NCBI GenBank assembly: GCA_965287045.1
Contig: OZ336876.1
Span: forward strand, 2,356,001 to 2,420,000
Length of the DNA stretch: 64,000 bases
Direction: 5' to 3'
DNA from: Carcharhinus amblyrhynchos
Lineage: Eukaryota
Position 1 is the first letter of the stretch. Each line of letters starts with the position of its first letter. Positions 12,901-27,900 of the stretch are shown piece after piece. The notes beneath the pieces were generated by a model. The model saw only the letters and a program-made list of their open reading frames with translations, had not been told where the DNA came from and ran no database searches. A program made the position numbers and the translations under genes.

Positions 12901-15900
12901 TTTGCTCGGAAACACTTTGGGGCACAGCGATTTTTGGCAGCTTGTTTTATAACGTCATCTTCGTGTCTGTGTATTTTTAATCGAACATGTATGATTTTTT
13001 CTTTTGCAGAATCTTCACGAATGAATTTAATGAAATCACATCAAAACAATGCAATCGGTGTTGAGCTACCCTATTGCAACGTGCATGGAAAACCAAGGAT
13101 CCAATATTAATTTGTCTTGCATTCGATTATTCGCAGATCAACTAAAGCCAGAGATACAGCTTGATCAATCAACTGGGGTTTATGTTCCAGGAGAGACAAT
13201 CACTATGACTTGCACTGCACCTTCAATTTATCAGCGGGAGACATTTCAGTTTTACAGAGGGGGCAAACGACTTGCCTATCCACAGATTTCCAAAAGCGGA
13301 GGGATTGGAACCGTTCGGGTTCTTACTCCAGAGCAAGGAGGGCAGTACCAATGTAACTATCACATTACTTCTTATTTCGTGATGTCCCCGATGAGCGAAG
13401 CCGTCTCTGTCACAGTAACAGGTATGTGACGGAAATAACACGATAACATTTAAAAAGGGGTGAAATTTGTCTTGGAGGAAAAGTGGGCTAAGATTAATGT
13501 ATCACTCTGTCCACATTCCAATGGCATTACTGCATCGAAAACAATATGAGTAGGAATCCCGTAATGTTGTAAGCAATCTGCACACATTCTGTGACTATAT
13601 TCAGGCCTTTTGTCAAGAAGAATCCATGCACCATTGGGTGCGAATGCTATGAATAAAATCCGGACTGACGAAATCAGTGCGTCAAACGGGGGTTATTGAA
13701 AACATCACTCATATATTTAAGATAAAATAAATTAGCGTTTGGTGATGATTGCTGGATCATTTCATTCAGCTCATTGAATGACCCAATTCACTGAAATGTG
13801 TTTTTTTTAAAAATCAACTTGATCCATTTTTCCTTCTGTTTCTCTAGTCGAAATGTTAGCAGTAAAGCCGGAGTTTTGCAACATATTGCAGTCTAATATA
13901 TTGTCTGTAGATTTGTCGTTTCATTATGCTAAGTATATTTAACACTACCTTCCTGTAGAATGCCAAATCTATCCGCAAAGCTGTTAAACTTCCTTGACGG
14001 ATTGTCCGAGATTTATTTGAGTTTGTTTTTACAAATTTCACCGCAGAACCACTCGCACGTCCCAACATATCACTCGATCAACAGACTGGTGTGTATATAG
14101 AAGGAGAGACAGTCAATCTCACGTGCACAGTTAATGGGAGGAATCCTGATCGAATCCAAATTTTCAGAGATAGTCAATTGTTGTCCTCTGATCAAATCAT
14201 CACACACGAGAACATTGGAACATTTACTGTGACCCATACAAACCAAGGAGGGTTGTACCGATGCAAATGTAAAACTTCTGTAAATGGAAGGTGGTTTGAA
14301 TCTAAGTTGAGCACGCCTGTCAATGTCATAGTAGCAGGTGAGTGAAGGAGCAGAAATGGTTAATATGCATAATAATTCTCTCAGACACCCTGAATTTCTG
14401 CATTTCAAATGAAATTTCACTGGTTTCATGAGAATGTTTAAAGGATTTCGTCCAGCCGATGGTTGTTTGCACGATGTAATGGGAGATTGATCTCGCTGGC
14501 ATGGCAACAATTAATATGATGTGGAGATGCCGGCGTCAGACTGGGGTAAACACAATAAGAAGTCACGCAACATCAGGTTAAAGTCCAACAGGTTTATATG
14601 ATAGCAAAAATCCACTAGCATTCAAAACGCTCGCAGGCCCCTTCGTCAGGTGAGTGGGGTAGGGCACATAAAGATGCGCACTTAATTTCCAAAATAATCG
14701 TTGTAATGCGAGTTCTTTTGCACGTAATCAAGTCTCAAAGTTACAGAAAATGTGAGTGGAGAGACCGTTAACCACAGACTAATGAGATATTATTGTTTCC
14801 AGACAGGACTGTTAGTAAGATTTTGCAAGCCCAGGCAAGTCGTAGGGATTACAGATAGTGTGACATGAACTCAAGAAGCTGGGGGGTTGAGGCCGCCGTC
14901 ATGTGTGTGGAAAATGGCTACCAGTCTCTGCTGAGCGACTCTGCACTGTGAGGTGTCGTGAAGACCGCGTTGGAGAACGGTTACCAGATTGTACGTGACC
15001 GCCGAAATGTGCCCCAACATGAAAAGAACACTCTTGCCTGGTGATTGTCGAGCGGTGTTCATTCGTCCGTTGTCGTAGCGTCTGCACGGTCTCTCCTGTG
15101 TGCCATGCATTGAAACATATAAGATGATTAGAGGTTTAGATAGGGTGGACAGTGATAGCCTTTTTCCTCGGATGGAGAAAGCTAGCACGAGGGGGCATAG
15201 CTTTAAATTATGGGGTGGTAGTTATAGGACGGATGTCAGGAGTAGGTTCTTTACCCAGAGGGTGGTGAGGTATTGGAATGCCCTGCCTGCTGCAGTTGTA
15301 AATGCGCCGAGTTTGGGGGCGTTTAAGAGATCTGTGGATAGGTTTATGGATGGAAAGGGTTTGGCTTAGGTTAGAGGGTCATTGCTTTTTAACTGGTCGG
15401 CGCAACATCGTGGGCCGAAGGGCCTGTTCTGCGCTGTAATGTTCTATGTTCTATGCCTCGGGACATACTTTGCTGCAGCGAATCGGGGAGACAACGTGGA
15501 CCCACATCTCCCACTCACCTGCCGAAAGCGCAGCGAACGTTCAGAAAGGTTTAGCTAACGTGGCGTTGTGAGACGTCTTACAACAATTAATATTCCAGCA
15601 ATAATTGTACCATGCGAATATGTTAGTGAGTTGCCTTATTGAACCGCTGCAGTGCCTGAGGAGTAGCTAAGCCTGTGCTTTTCGGGAGAGTATTCCAGGA
15701 TTCCGGCCAAAGGACAGTGAAAAACCACCGATACATTTCTACGTTAGCGTGGTATATGGTTTGGGGATAGATGTGTTGGTGGTGGCGGCGGGGGCTGGGG
15801 GGTGGTGTGCTACTTGCAGGTGGCGCAGTTCCCAGGAAACTGTTGTTCTTATCGTTGTAGTGTGTTGAGGTTGCTAGTTTGGATGATGCTGACTAATGAA

Positions 15901-18900
15901 CTTTGCTGAGTTCCTGCAGCACATCTGTTAGATAGTACACATCACTACCTCGGTGAGTCAATGGTGAAAAGTGTGACCATTTCTGATTCGGGTAGCAGTG
16001 ACGTTAGCCTGTTTCGTTGTCGATTGTATAGAGCTTCTCTAGTACTGTTGGATCCACACTCATGTAGGTAACTAGAGAATTTTCCATCACACCCCTGACC
16101 TGCGTTCTTGTAGCTCGTGGACAGGACATTGGAGGTCAGGATGTGAACGCCAAACATGTGATTTTCAACGCAACCCATTCCCCTTGATATTTCAGGTTGA
16201 AATCTGAGCGATGAAGTATTTGTTTTGAAATATCCCATCTGATTTGCTGCACTTTACTTTTTGACTCCCTTAGTTCACTGTGCTTTGCTTAATTTCAACG
16301 GCCTCTGAAAAATTCCCATTAACACCAGAGACTTCAGACTGCATTATCTCAGTTACCCGTGCAAAATGTTTCACGTTCGATTTCTATTTAATGTTCATTA
16401 ATTTTACCACAGAACCGCTCGCATCCCCCAGAATATCAGTTGATAAAGAGGCTGGTGTGTATTTAGTTGGAGAGACTGTCGTTATGGAATGCACAGTAGA
16501 CAGAACAAAACCTGATCTAATCTTCTATTACAAAGATAATCAACCGTTGTCCTCTTTCCAAATCGTCACAATGGGCAACTTTGAAGCATTCACTGTGAAC
16601 AATACCAACGATGGAGGGAGGTACCAATGTAAATATACAAAGTCCATCAATGGAAGGGACTTGCAGTCCGAGCTCAGCGATCCTGTGGATGTCGTGATAG
16701 CAGGCGCGTAAAGATGGAGTGTTAACATCTTGATTTACTGGCTTTTTTGTTGATCGTATGCTTTATTGCATCGGACGTTNNNNNNNNNNNNNNNNNNNNN
16801 NNNNNNNNNNNNNNNNNNNNNNNNNNNNNNNNNNNNNNNNNNNNNNNNNNNNNNNNNNNNNNNNNNNNNNNNNNNNNNNNNNNNNNNNNNNNNNNNNNNN
16901 NNNNNNNNNNNNNNNNNNNNNNNNNNNNNNNNNNNNNNNNNNNNNNNNNNNNNNNNNNNNNNGGGTCGTCTTTTCTTCATGACTGGTCCAGAATAGTTGT
17001 CCATTTATTCTAATTAGATAATCTGAATATCATTATCGCCTTTGTCACCATTAATCACAGGGTCAAATGATTCAACGATCCAAACAGAAACCGCTCACCC
17101 CCATCTGCCACAGCGGCTCTTTAAAGAAGTATGCACTTTTAATGTACTGATATATTCGGGATCTGGGCGGAGCTGGAAAGGGCACTATTTAAATCTCCAT
17201 CCAGACTTACATTTAAGAAAGCAGAATAATCCCTTACAAGTGCCTTTATTTAAGTATTAAGTAGTTTTCCTGGTGTGTATTTAAACATTTCATTTCGCTA
17301 TGTTGCAATATGTTTCCATCACACTTCTAGAGAAAACACTCTAAATCCTAACAATTTGTTTCATTAAGGCAAGCCTCCTAATCTCAGTCCAGTTTCTTTC
17401 GCCAGTAAACTTAGATCTATTTTACTTGGTAAAATGCATATTGTAATATCGACTTCCATTGCTTTGTACTTAGTTGATTAAAACCCTTCCTAATTTTGAA
17501 AACCTCGACGAAGTATTCCGTTCCATGACCGTGAGGCACAGAGAAGTTGCATGCTCCCCGCGCCTTTCCAAGTAAGGGAGATTCGTCTTCCCTGATACCA
17601 TTCTGATGGGTGTTTTCTAAAACGTTTTCAATTAATGGTTTTCCTCTCCAGACTATAGAGCCCATTAATATTCCAAAATTTCAGGTCTGGCCTAATCTGT
17701 GTTTTTAGTGGATGCATTTGTTCATGAAACTCTTAAAAAAAACTCATCCCTTTGTCCTGCCAACTGGAAAGATTTGCCTTCACGTAACTCCAATCGTCCT
17801 CTGTTCCAGCATCCCATTGATACTTGTGCCCTTTTGTTCATGCTATTTGTCCCCTCATTCTTCCAACCAAATACCCCTTTCATGCTCGTTATTGCAATAA
17901 ACCGAATCTTCCTGAATAAACTCAATCTGCCTGTACATCCGGAATGGGTGTTATCTTCATTTTCACTTCCCAATAATTTTGAAGTTTTCTCGTCAACTGC
18001 AAATGTCTTTAATGCATCCTGCCTATCCAAGTTCACAGCTTTAATCATGTGTTCCGCTACTGAATTTGAATATATCGTTTCTAATCGTTGCCTTCCAAAT
18101 ACAGATTTCCCCAAACCAAATATGACAGTGGATTTTGGGATTGTTGCTGATTCTGGAGAAGTCGTATTGAAATGTTGCAGTCCAGGTGGCATATCCGGAG
18201 CAACATTTTTTTTGCACAGGCAAGGAGAAACAAATTATTCAGATGTGCAGTCTGCTGCTCACGGGGACGATTGGGTCAATTTCATCATTAAGGTAACCGA
18301 CAACAGAAAAGAAGGAAATTACAGCTGTTGGTATGAAATGGATGTGAATGGGAGGAAGATATCCTCAGGTGCGAGTGATCCTGTGCACGCCACTGTAAGA
18401 CGTGAGTGAGATTTACAGTCGTTTTATTGAACTCACTTTGTTAAAAGCTGCTCCTGTTTTAGTGTTATCCTGTATCCCTATTCTAGTTGAACTAACCAGA
18501 ATACTTTGTAATTCGAATGATTGTGAACACGAGATCAGAATGTTTTCTCCACCCATGTGCGGTATTGATTCAGGACTGAAAGAGTTAGAAATTCATACAT
18601 GATCTCACCAGCTGGGATTCATGGTACATTTGTCTGGACCGAGCTTTAAGGCTGTTGGGGAGAAGATCAGAAATTGCAAGTAATATTGTGAACTTAACTT
18701 AGACCTCAAGCTTTTTAATTGTTTGGATTTTGGCACGAGGGTGAGCCGAAGTTATTTCGCTCCAGATGCGACTTCATTGAATCCTGAAGCCGCCTTTATT
18801 TTACAAACCTAATATTTCTAACAAAACAGTTACAGTATAACAAAACGATTGGCGTAACTCTTACCAGTTGAACATATTTGAACATTGCAATTTGTAGTTC

Positions 18901-21900
18901 TTAAAAGTTAACTCTCTCCATAGTTCCAATTAAAACGGAATCCGCATAGACATGAATCAATTTGCTGAATCAAAAACAAAAAGGAGCTTTCTCACGTCGG
19001 TTCTGCCTCAAGCCTTTTAAGCTCATTGGAGACAAAGACATCCCTCTTCTGACTCAAATACATTCATCTCCAGAGAAAGATCCACTCCTGAACGGCAGCA
19101 CATCAGAGAAAAAAAAACGTATGTTTTACAGAACACATTCTCCAAATCCAGGGGCAGAAAGTGACGCACTGCTCTCTAAAAATTCCAAGCAAAATTCGAA
19201 TTTGATTTTTCTGAGTAAGCTTAGTTCCACTCAATCAACTGATTTTTATTTCATTCAGCAGAATCATGTCCAAGTGTGCAAAACCCAAGTGGAAAACAAT
19301 AAAAGAACATAGCAGTATTAGTCTAGAAAAGAACAAATATTCTAACATTTGGTAGCAATCACATCGCTGCAATAACAACATAAGCTGCCAATTATCAGTC
19401 AAGTGACACAATGGCTGGAACAGACAGTTAAATAATTCGCACAGAAACATGACTCTAATACAATTCTTAAAGGCAGAGTATCGTTACGTGCCTAATGTCC
19501 AATGCATGAATTAATTAATTAACAATGCAGTTCGTAATATTCCTAATAGAAATTTATAGTTAGGTTAATCAAAAGTAGCAGGTAAAGAGTGACACCGTCC
19601 TCCTCACAGCAAGTTTACAACTACAGTCTGGAAAAGGTTACTTGATGCAAAGTTTTCATGCGAACCACCTATAGAGAGGACAGAATGTGGCTATCAAATA
19701 ATGTCGCAAGTTACCAAAACAATGACAATCTGAAAAGAAAACAGAACAATGTAAACGTCTCACAAGTGTGGAAAATGGTCTGCCATGTTGCGCAGAGATG
19801 CAAGAATGTTAATGGGTGACTGGAGACCTGTTGAAAATACGAGCACAATGTTGTTCCTTAGATAGGGATAAGCAGGGGGGACCGATTAAATATAATTGGC
19901 AAAAAATAACGAGAGATTACTTTTATTTGAGTGAAGGTTTTTTTTGTAATCTGCGGCACATGACCATAAACCGTAATGTAAACATATTCAGTGACTTTCA
20001 AAAGGAAACTGAATAATTTGAAACAAGTAACAGAAGATTGCGGAAAACAAGCAAGTGAGTTCGACTAGAGAGAGTAATTGGGTATAACTGAATCGTTCGT
20101 TCAAATGGTCAGCACGGGCACAATGGGTTAAAATAACTTTGCCTGTGCTGCATATCTACATCATGTTCAAACGGCACGTACCTCCATCTTTCTGTCCCTC
20201 TCTTTGTCTTTCTGTTTCAGATGATACTTTGTTCTCTGTTCTTGGAATACTGTATACAGTTCTTTTCACCCTATTGCAGAAAGGATATTATTAAGCTGGA
20301 AAAAGTGCAATAATGATTTACTAGGATGTTTCTAGGTCTTGATGGTTTTAGTTATAAGGAGAGGTTGGCTACACTGGGACTTTTTTTTCTCTGGAACGTA
20401 GAAGGCTGAGGAGTAATCTTATACAGGTCTATAAAATAATGAGGGACATAGCTCAGCGAGATAGTCAATATATTTTTCCAAATGTAGGAGAGTCTAAACC
20501 TAGAGGGCATAGGTTTAAGGTGAGAGGGGAGAGATACAAACGAGGGACATTTATTTTTCACACAGAGTGTGGTGAGTGTGAACAAGCTGCCAGAGGTAAT
20601 AGTAGAGGTGGGTGCAGTTTTGTGTTAAAAAATAAACATTTAGACAATTACATCAATAAGATGGGTATCGAGGGATATGCGCCAAATGTGGGCAACTGGG
20701 GCTAGCTTCGGGTTTTAGGAAAAAGAGCGGCATGGAAAATTTGGGCCGAAGAGCCTGTTTCCATGCTTTAAACCTCTACGACTCTCTGACTCTACAGTAT
20801 TGCAGTCTCAGATGATTTGCTGCTTTAAGCATTATCTATCTTGTGCAGTAACTGTCCGTTAACATTGTTCTTCTCTCTGTGTTCATCTCATTTAGCTAGG
20901 GGAGCCGTTGTTCTAATAATGGCTGGTGTTCGTTCTGCTGTGGTTCCGATTCTTAGCCTTACTCTGTTGGGTGCGTGCCTCTGCATGAAAGGTAGGAACA
21001 CGATGGATAACAACAGATCATTAAAGATGGCAGGTTAATGTGACTGTCCGCTCCTTTGGTCAATATATCCCAAATGCCTCATCCACCTATTCATTCATCT
21101 CTGATAGTAGAGATAGATACGAAAGCATAAATGGCCAATTACGCATTTCAAGTAAACCTCAGTAGAAATAAAACTTGCACGGAATGGGCATTATATAGAA
21201 TTTCAAATCGACCACCCGCTACAAGTTCAGAGGAGTGGAATAAAACCGTAGTAGGAGAAGGTCATTTGGTCTTTCGATTATGCTCAAACATTCAATCAGA
21301 AACTGATTGATCTGGTTATTGTGTCAAATCATTTGTTGTGAAGTTATATATGTAAAGTTAAAAATGTGTTGCTTGACAAATGCAAATTGTGAAAAGAAAC
21401 ACTAAAACCAAAAAAAAAACTATACATATATATGCCATCATACCTTTTACAATCGCGTATCTTTATGATTGGATTTTAAATTGCACAGTGCAGGCTGCAG
21501 AAGCAGGTTTTTGCAACATTTGCACCAAAGCATAGTAACCAGTGTTCCAACCGAACCAAAAGAGGTTTTTGAATTGCACTGATGAGTTTAAAGGAAGAAC
21601 GCAGAGACAGAGAAACAATGACATTCCGATGCAAGGGATTTTGATATGCCCAGGCCATTCAGATCGCAGAAACACTGCGAGGTGTATGAACCCAGACAAG
21701 GGAGGATAACGGTCAGAGTACGTTTGCAGCTTCTTGAGTCAGAAGGAGGACAAGCAAAACATATCAATACAGCAGTTTCATGTATGTCTTTGTAATATCA
21801 GAATCTAAACAGGGAGAGAGGCATCAACTCAGAAAGTGTTCAGACGAGAGCATCACTGGAGAATGCTAAACTTATAAGATATTCCCGTTTGTACACTAGT

Positions 21901-24900
21901 TGAGATTAATTCAATTGTGTCATGATTTGTTTCATTGTTCCTGAAGGAGTCTTGCAATATTTCAGCAGCATTCTAGGGATTTTATTCAACTGTTAATTGT
22001 TTGAGTAAGCTGTCACCAATTTTAAAATGAAGGCCAGTTAACTGTTCATGATAGAGAGTGTCAAATACTCCTATAATTTACAAAAAAAGTAACTTCCCAC
22101 GACCTCGCACATACGCGTACACGATTACAAGGCAAGGTTATATCCCTCTGGATGGTTCCAAAGTTGAGCAGAGGGAGAATTAACCTCTGTGTCTTAAGAT
22201 CTCCCCTGTCTACCTCCTCCATCATCCCATATCCCATCCCTCTCCTCCCGCCCCACTCCTCCCCACCCATCCCCGCCCCCCCGCCCACCCCGCCACACAC
22301 ACACACGTAACCTTTGATTGTGTTGCCTGACATAAAATCGAAATGACTCCACGTTAAATAATTTGAAAACCCAGTACCCAGACTCCACCACTTCGTAGTG
22401 AAGAGAAGGAGACACGCCAATAGGTTTTCCATCATTTTCGTTTAAATGATAGGCAACTTATTTTAATATCTGTGCCTCGTTTCAGGTGTTGTCACTTCAT
22501 CCATTATTTAGCAACATAGATTTTTTTTAAGGGGTTAAAAAATGCCTGGACATATGTGGAGGACTTCAGCCCAAGGTTTAGAAGCCTTACAGAACTAGTC
22601 ACTGATAAAAACAATAATAAATTTGCCTAATCTGTCCTTAGAACAGGAGTTATCAAATAGATAGAAGCAATAAATTGACATGCCTACTCCGATGAAGTCA
22701 ATTTATGAATAATAAAGCTGGAGCTCTGAAAGTGTTTTTAAAAAGATTGTTCAATTCTGGGAAGTGACAGGAAATGGGCATTAGACAAGTGCAAGCAGCG
22801 CCAAGCTTCTCAAATGCACCATGTGCAGATATAGTAAATACCGTCAAGCAGTGGTGAGGCGAGCGAATCAAATCAACTATTATACTGGAATAAAAGCATA
22901 TTGGACAATGATGGTACAATGTCATGGGACTTCTTAGCCTCCTTCTGAGGGACGTGTGGAAAATTTAAGGATGTATTTCCTTTTTTGCAGGACATTTCCT
23001 TTTGAAAGTCCAAACAAATCCAGTTCTCACGTGACTTGTCTCTCCACTCTGCTTGCAGACCTTTCCATCCTCCTTGGGCAATTGTCGTCACATAAATCGT
23101 GCATTTTAATCGAAAACCCCTCTGTTATCATTGCTGAACTTATTCCTTCCATGACCTGTACTAACTGTTCATGGAACATTTTATCTGTTGAATTTTCTCC
23201 ACACTAAAATTCCTTACTCCCATTCCAAGGGTCAGCATGTTGTTATTTTTGTGACTCAGTCGATGGACTGGCCCATTTTGCTGTTTTGATGAATGAATTT
23301 CTTTTCTTCTCGTTTCCCTCTTCTATAGATTGCATTGCTTACACAAGTTTTGAATGTGATTGTCCTCTCATCTTCTCTCCGATTATTCTCAGCATGCCCA
23401 GTCGATCTTCCATTGCCCAACAGTCAATATACCATCAACAAAAACAGAAAAATGCTGGAAAATCTCAACAACGCTGACAGCATCTGTAGAGACAGAGAGA
23501 GAGAGAGCCAACATCTCCAGTCTAGATTTTTGCTATCTATTAATTTGTGGGACATGGGAGCCTCTGGCTGACCGGCATATATTGTCCCTTCTTAGTTGAC
23601 CTTGAGAAGGTGGTAGTGAACTGCTTTCTCGAATTTCTGCAGTCCATGTTTTGTGGGTTGAGCCACAATGACGTTTGGGAGGGAATTCTAGGATTTTGTC
23701 CCAGCGACTGCGAAGGAAAAGCAGTGTATTTCCAAGCCAGGAGGGTTGGTAAATTAGAAAGTAACTCGCAAGTGTTGGCCTTCCCCTTTATCAATTGCCT
23801 TTGTCCTTCTAGATGGAAGTGACAGTGGGTTTGGACGATTCTGTCGAGGGGGATGTGGTGAATTGCTGCAGTGCATCGAGTAGATAGTACACAGTGTTAC
23901 GACAGAGGTTCGGTGGTGGAGGGAATGGGTGTTTGTAGATGTACTGCCAAACACGCGAGCTGTTTTACCTAGATGTTGTCAAGTTTCATGAGTGTTTTTG
24001 GGGCTGCACCGATCCGGGCAAATGGGGAGTATTCAATTACATCCCTGACTTCTTCCCTGTAGATGGTGGATAGGCTTTGGGGAATGAGGAACTGAGTTAC
24101 TTGCTGCAGTATTCCTAACCTCTGACCTGGTCTTGTCGCCACTATGTTGATGTCCTGAGCCCAGTTGAGTTCCAAGTCAACGGTAAACCCCATTGGCGGG
24201 GGGCGCGGGGGGGGGGGTGTGGTGCTGGTTCAGTGATGATTACACCATTGAATTTTAATAGTGATGACAATGTCCCTTACTGGTGATACTCGTTCTCTGG
24301 CATTTCTGTGGTGCTGATGTTGCTTACGGCCCATCAGCCGAAGCCTGGGTAATGCCCAGATTTTGTTGCTATTGAACATCCACTGCTTCCGTCTCTGAGA
24401 AGTCGGGAATGGCGCTGAACAAAGTGCAATCATTGGCGAACATCCCCACTTCTGTCCTTCTGACGGATGGAAGCTTGTTGCTCTAAGAGCTGAAGATCGT
24501 TGGGCCTTGATCAATACCTGAAAGGAGCCCGCAGAAATGTCCAGGGGCTGACATGACTGGTATTCCACAACTACAACCATCTTCCCATGTACCAAATATG
24601 ACTGCAACCTGCGGAGAGTTTGTCCCTGATATCAGGTCCACGAAGGCTCCTTGATGCCACACTCGGTCGAATGTGGCCTTTATGTCAAGGGATGACTCCT
24701 GATGGCACTTCGTTAGGGCTGTGTTGAAGAGAAGAGCAGTCCTTCCGCAGGAAAGGCATTCATAGAAGAGGATTGATAGTGAGTTAAAAACAAGATAAAT
24801 GCAAAACAAAACTGCGGATGCTGGAATTTGAAAATCAGAAAAATGCTACAAAATTTCAGCAAGTTTGACAACATCTTTGGAGACCCTTCGTCAGAGCTCT

Positions 24901-27900
24901 AAAGCTAGACTCGAAACCTTGACTCCATTGTCTCTCCACAGATGCTATGAGACCTGCTGAGACTTCCCAGCGTTTTTGTTTTCTATTTTTGATTCATATT
25001 CTGGTATCCACAATACTTTGCGATTAACTAATGTACCGGGTTCCCCTTAGCTGAATGCAGGCGTGCCTTGTCAAGGTGTTTCACCTTCTTGCATCTCTCC
25101 ACTTCGTTCACCCTCTACACATTTTTCAGATCGCTGTACTTTACAGACATCTTCCCGTGAACCGGTCTCTCCTTTTACCACTTGAAACTATGGTATCCCA
25201 GTCGTGCCATTCAGTCCAAAGGCTTCGTCTCCATTGGCTGCACTCCCACATCTGCCACACTCTGAATTTTCTCATTTCACACGTTCGATCTCCATTACCC
25301 CAAACCATATGTTGAAGACATTTTTGCGAAATATAGCACAGTATTTATCTTCATAATTTCCACGTAAGACCCTATTAATGGCACTTCAGAGATCTTAATT
25401 TCACCGGCGAACAGTGATTGATGTTTCGTGATGCGAATTCACAGGCATCTTTTCAGGCCCTGAAACATGTGTGTGCCTACTAGAAATGAGCCATCAAGAT
25501 GTTCTAAACAACCATAAACAATTGACACCTGAAAAAAAAACTTCTGTTGCTGTTCATAGAATTTGCTTTCTGTGGTGTCGGGGTAAAGTGGGTCAGGGAA
25601 ATTGTGGGTTATCATTTCAGATCAGTTTTGATCTCATTGAAAGTCGGAGCAGACTCCATGGATCGAATGAACGAATTCTGTTCCTCCGCCTTCTGGTCGT
25701 ATGTTTTCATAGTATCTATTCCAACGCAAACATATACTTGCCATTGTTCTTGCATGTAAAAGCACCTCAGACAGTACTAAAGATTCCAGGTCATCACTAT
25801 GTGACCTGCAGTTACACATCACAAAGACACGGCAGCCGGTGAAGTATTCTGAAATACTTTGTAAACTAAACAGTTTATGTTCGACCATCTGGCAATCTTT
25901 TGTTATTAGTACTACCAAGGGCTATTATTTAAACGTCCAATATTATTGACTAATTGAATTTAATTTCCTGGAGAATGGGGTGGACTTTTTACACATGTTT
26001 CAAGTTTCGCAGTCCGGCGTTCTGTAATATTAGCCCAGTCAACCAATAACTAATCCGTTATTCACATGTTTTTGTTTATTAATGGCCACAAAGATATTTC
26101 TTGCATGTTAGTCTTCTCCAGCTCAGTCCTGTGACCGAAAAAATGTTTTTTTTTCGATTTCTGATGTTTATGTTTCCTTCTTAGGGAAGAGGAGAAGGAA
26201 CACAGAATCAAGGTAAAATCTTTAAGCGTTGAATATAAACGACATGTAGCGAACACGCTTTTCTGAAACCAATGTTCAGATAATTTGTATTATTTACACA
26301 TATTGCGTGTTTTGAATTAAGTATTGGGTCTCCAAATTCACACGCACAATTGCACAAGCTATAGAGGAATGGAGACGTAAATAACACGCTCAGAAAATTG
26401 TGCATGCGCTCCAGTAAACACAAACACAACGGTCATGCATTACCCACATCAAATAGGTATTCATGCCAGAAAACAAACGCAGGCGATCAAACATACACGA
26501 TTTCACAATCATAGACGCTCAAATTCAGAGTCACGCACATGCACTGAAACACGTCTACGCTTTCACGCACAGGTAGACAGAGACACTCACATAGGCACCC
26601 AAACACACACATTAATACACATAGATATCAAAACACTCACATAAGCTCGCTCACTCATGCAGGCACAGACACTGAAAGAGGCAACCACTCAGGCCACAAT
26701 TACGCATACGCACACAAACTTCGAAACACATTCGTAAAACACTCACAAAAAAACACATATATAAACATTCAAAGACAACACATGCGCACATACACATATA
26801 TAACATGTACTCAAATACACAAATACTCAAATGCACTGGTAAATATGTGTTGATTAAGAAAAACATAAGCATAGGCTTTTACACAAAGTTACTGACACAC
26901 ACAATCATGTATATTTGGTTTCTTTTTCTCTAACATGCACAGTACTTCCGTCCCGTGTGGGTGGCATTCCCTCCAATAATTTTGTTTTCAACCTTCGCTA
27001 TAAGTGTCGGCTCGATCCAATCGCACAGAAACATATTGCCAGTCATGCAAACAAGAAGAATTTTATACATGACACCGGAATCACATCTTCAGTCCTTTCG
27101 AAAATTGTTCTGTTATGTATATGTCCGAGATTTATCGGACAATCTAATCAGCTGAACATTTCTCTTATTTGTAGGAACATGGTGCTCTTCCACAAAGAAA
27201 GTGATGACAACGTTACATGTGAGTTAATTTCAACATTCCAGCAGCTGGGATCATCATTTATGTTTAGAAATCTGTCTGAAACATAAATAAAAATGAACAG
27301 AGAATTTCGCATTATCTGCTATCAATTTGCAAGATATTCGGAGATGAGCACTCAAGAAATACATACGCACGTGCACACAAACGCCGGAAAACATTCACAA
27401 GGCACACACAAAAACGTTTTCTGATGCATTGAAAGACAGACACCCGCATACATAGCGCGCACTCAAACACACAAATACTCAAATACACTCAAAAGCATGC
27501 GTTGGCACAAAAACACAACGACACATTTGGCGCAAACGTACTAACAACCACGATCACAATGTCTCTCTCTCTCTCTCACTCTCGCTACACACACAGTTTT
27601 AATGAAACAGTTGTAAGTGACGTCGAACATTAGCCATTCTGTCACATTTTGACTCGGAAGCAGATGTTAGGGTTTATTTTTGTTTCCGGTCCAGTATCAG
27701 CCCATAACTTGCAGCCCATTTTTGTTTTGTCAATTGCTTTGCTCTTAATGGGTGGAATAGGTAGTGCCATTTAGAATGGGCGGCTGTTTACGTACGACCG
27801 CTCCTTTCGTTAAAGCGAATGCTTGAGATACATTTCTTTTACCTCAGATACAGTTAACTGCTGAAGGAAATGGCGTAAAATTCATAATAATGTTTTGCGC

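Noticed and set aside
16735-17013. ORFs spanning N runs or microsatellites (also 57746-58030, 58310-58612, 60139-60619)
   Set aside because: Artefacts of assembly gaps and simple repeats
17699-18409. 236-aa ORF as a single-exon protein
   Set aside because: Only 18105-18401 is Ig-like and bounded by splice sites; the rest is intronic read-through
21490-21720. Possible extra exon (ETMTFRCKG; EVYEP)
   Set aside because: Motifs are in different frames with stops, there is no second Cys motif, and it lies after the TM exon
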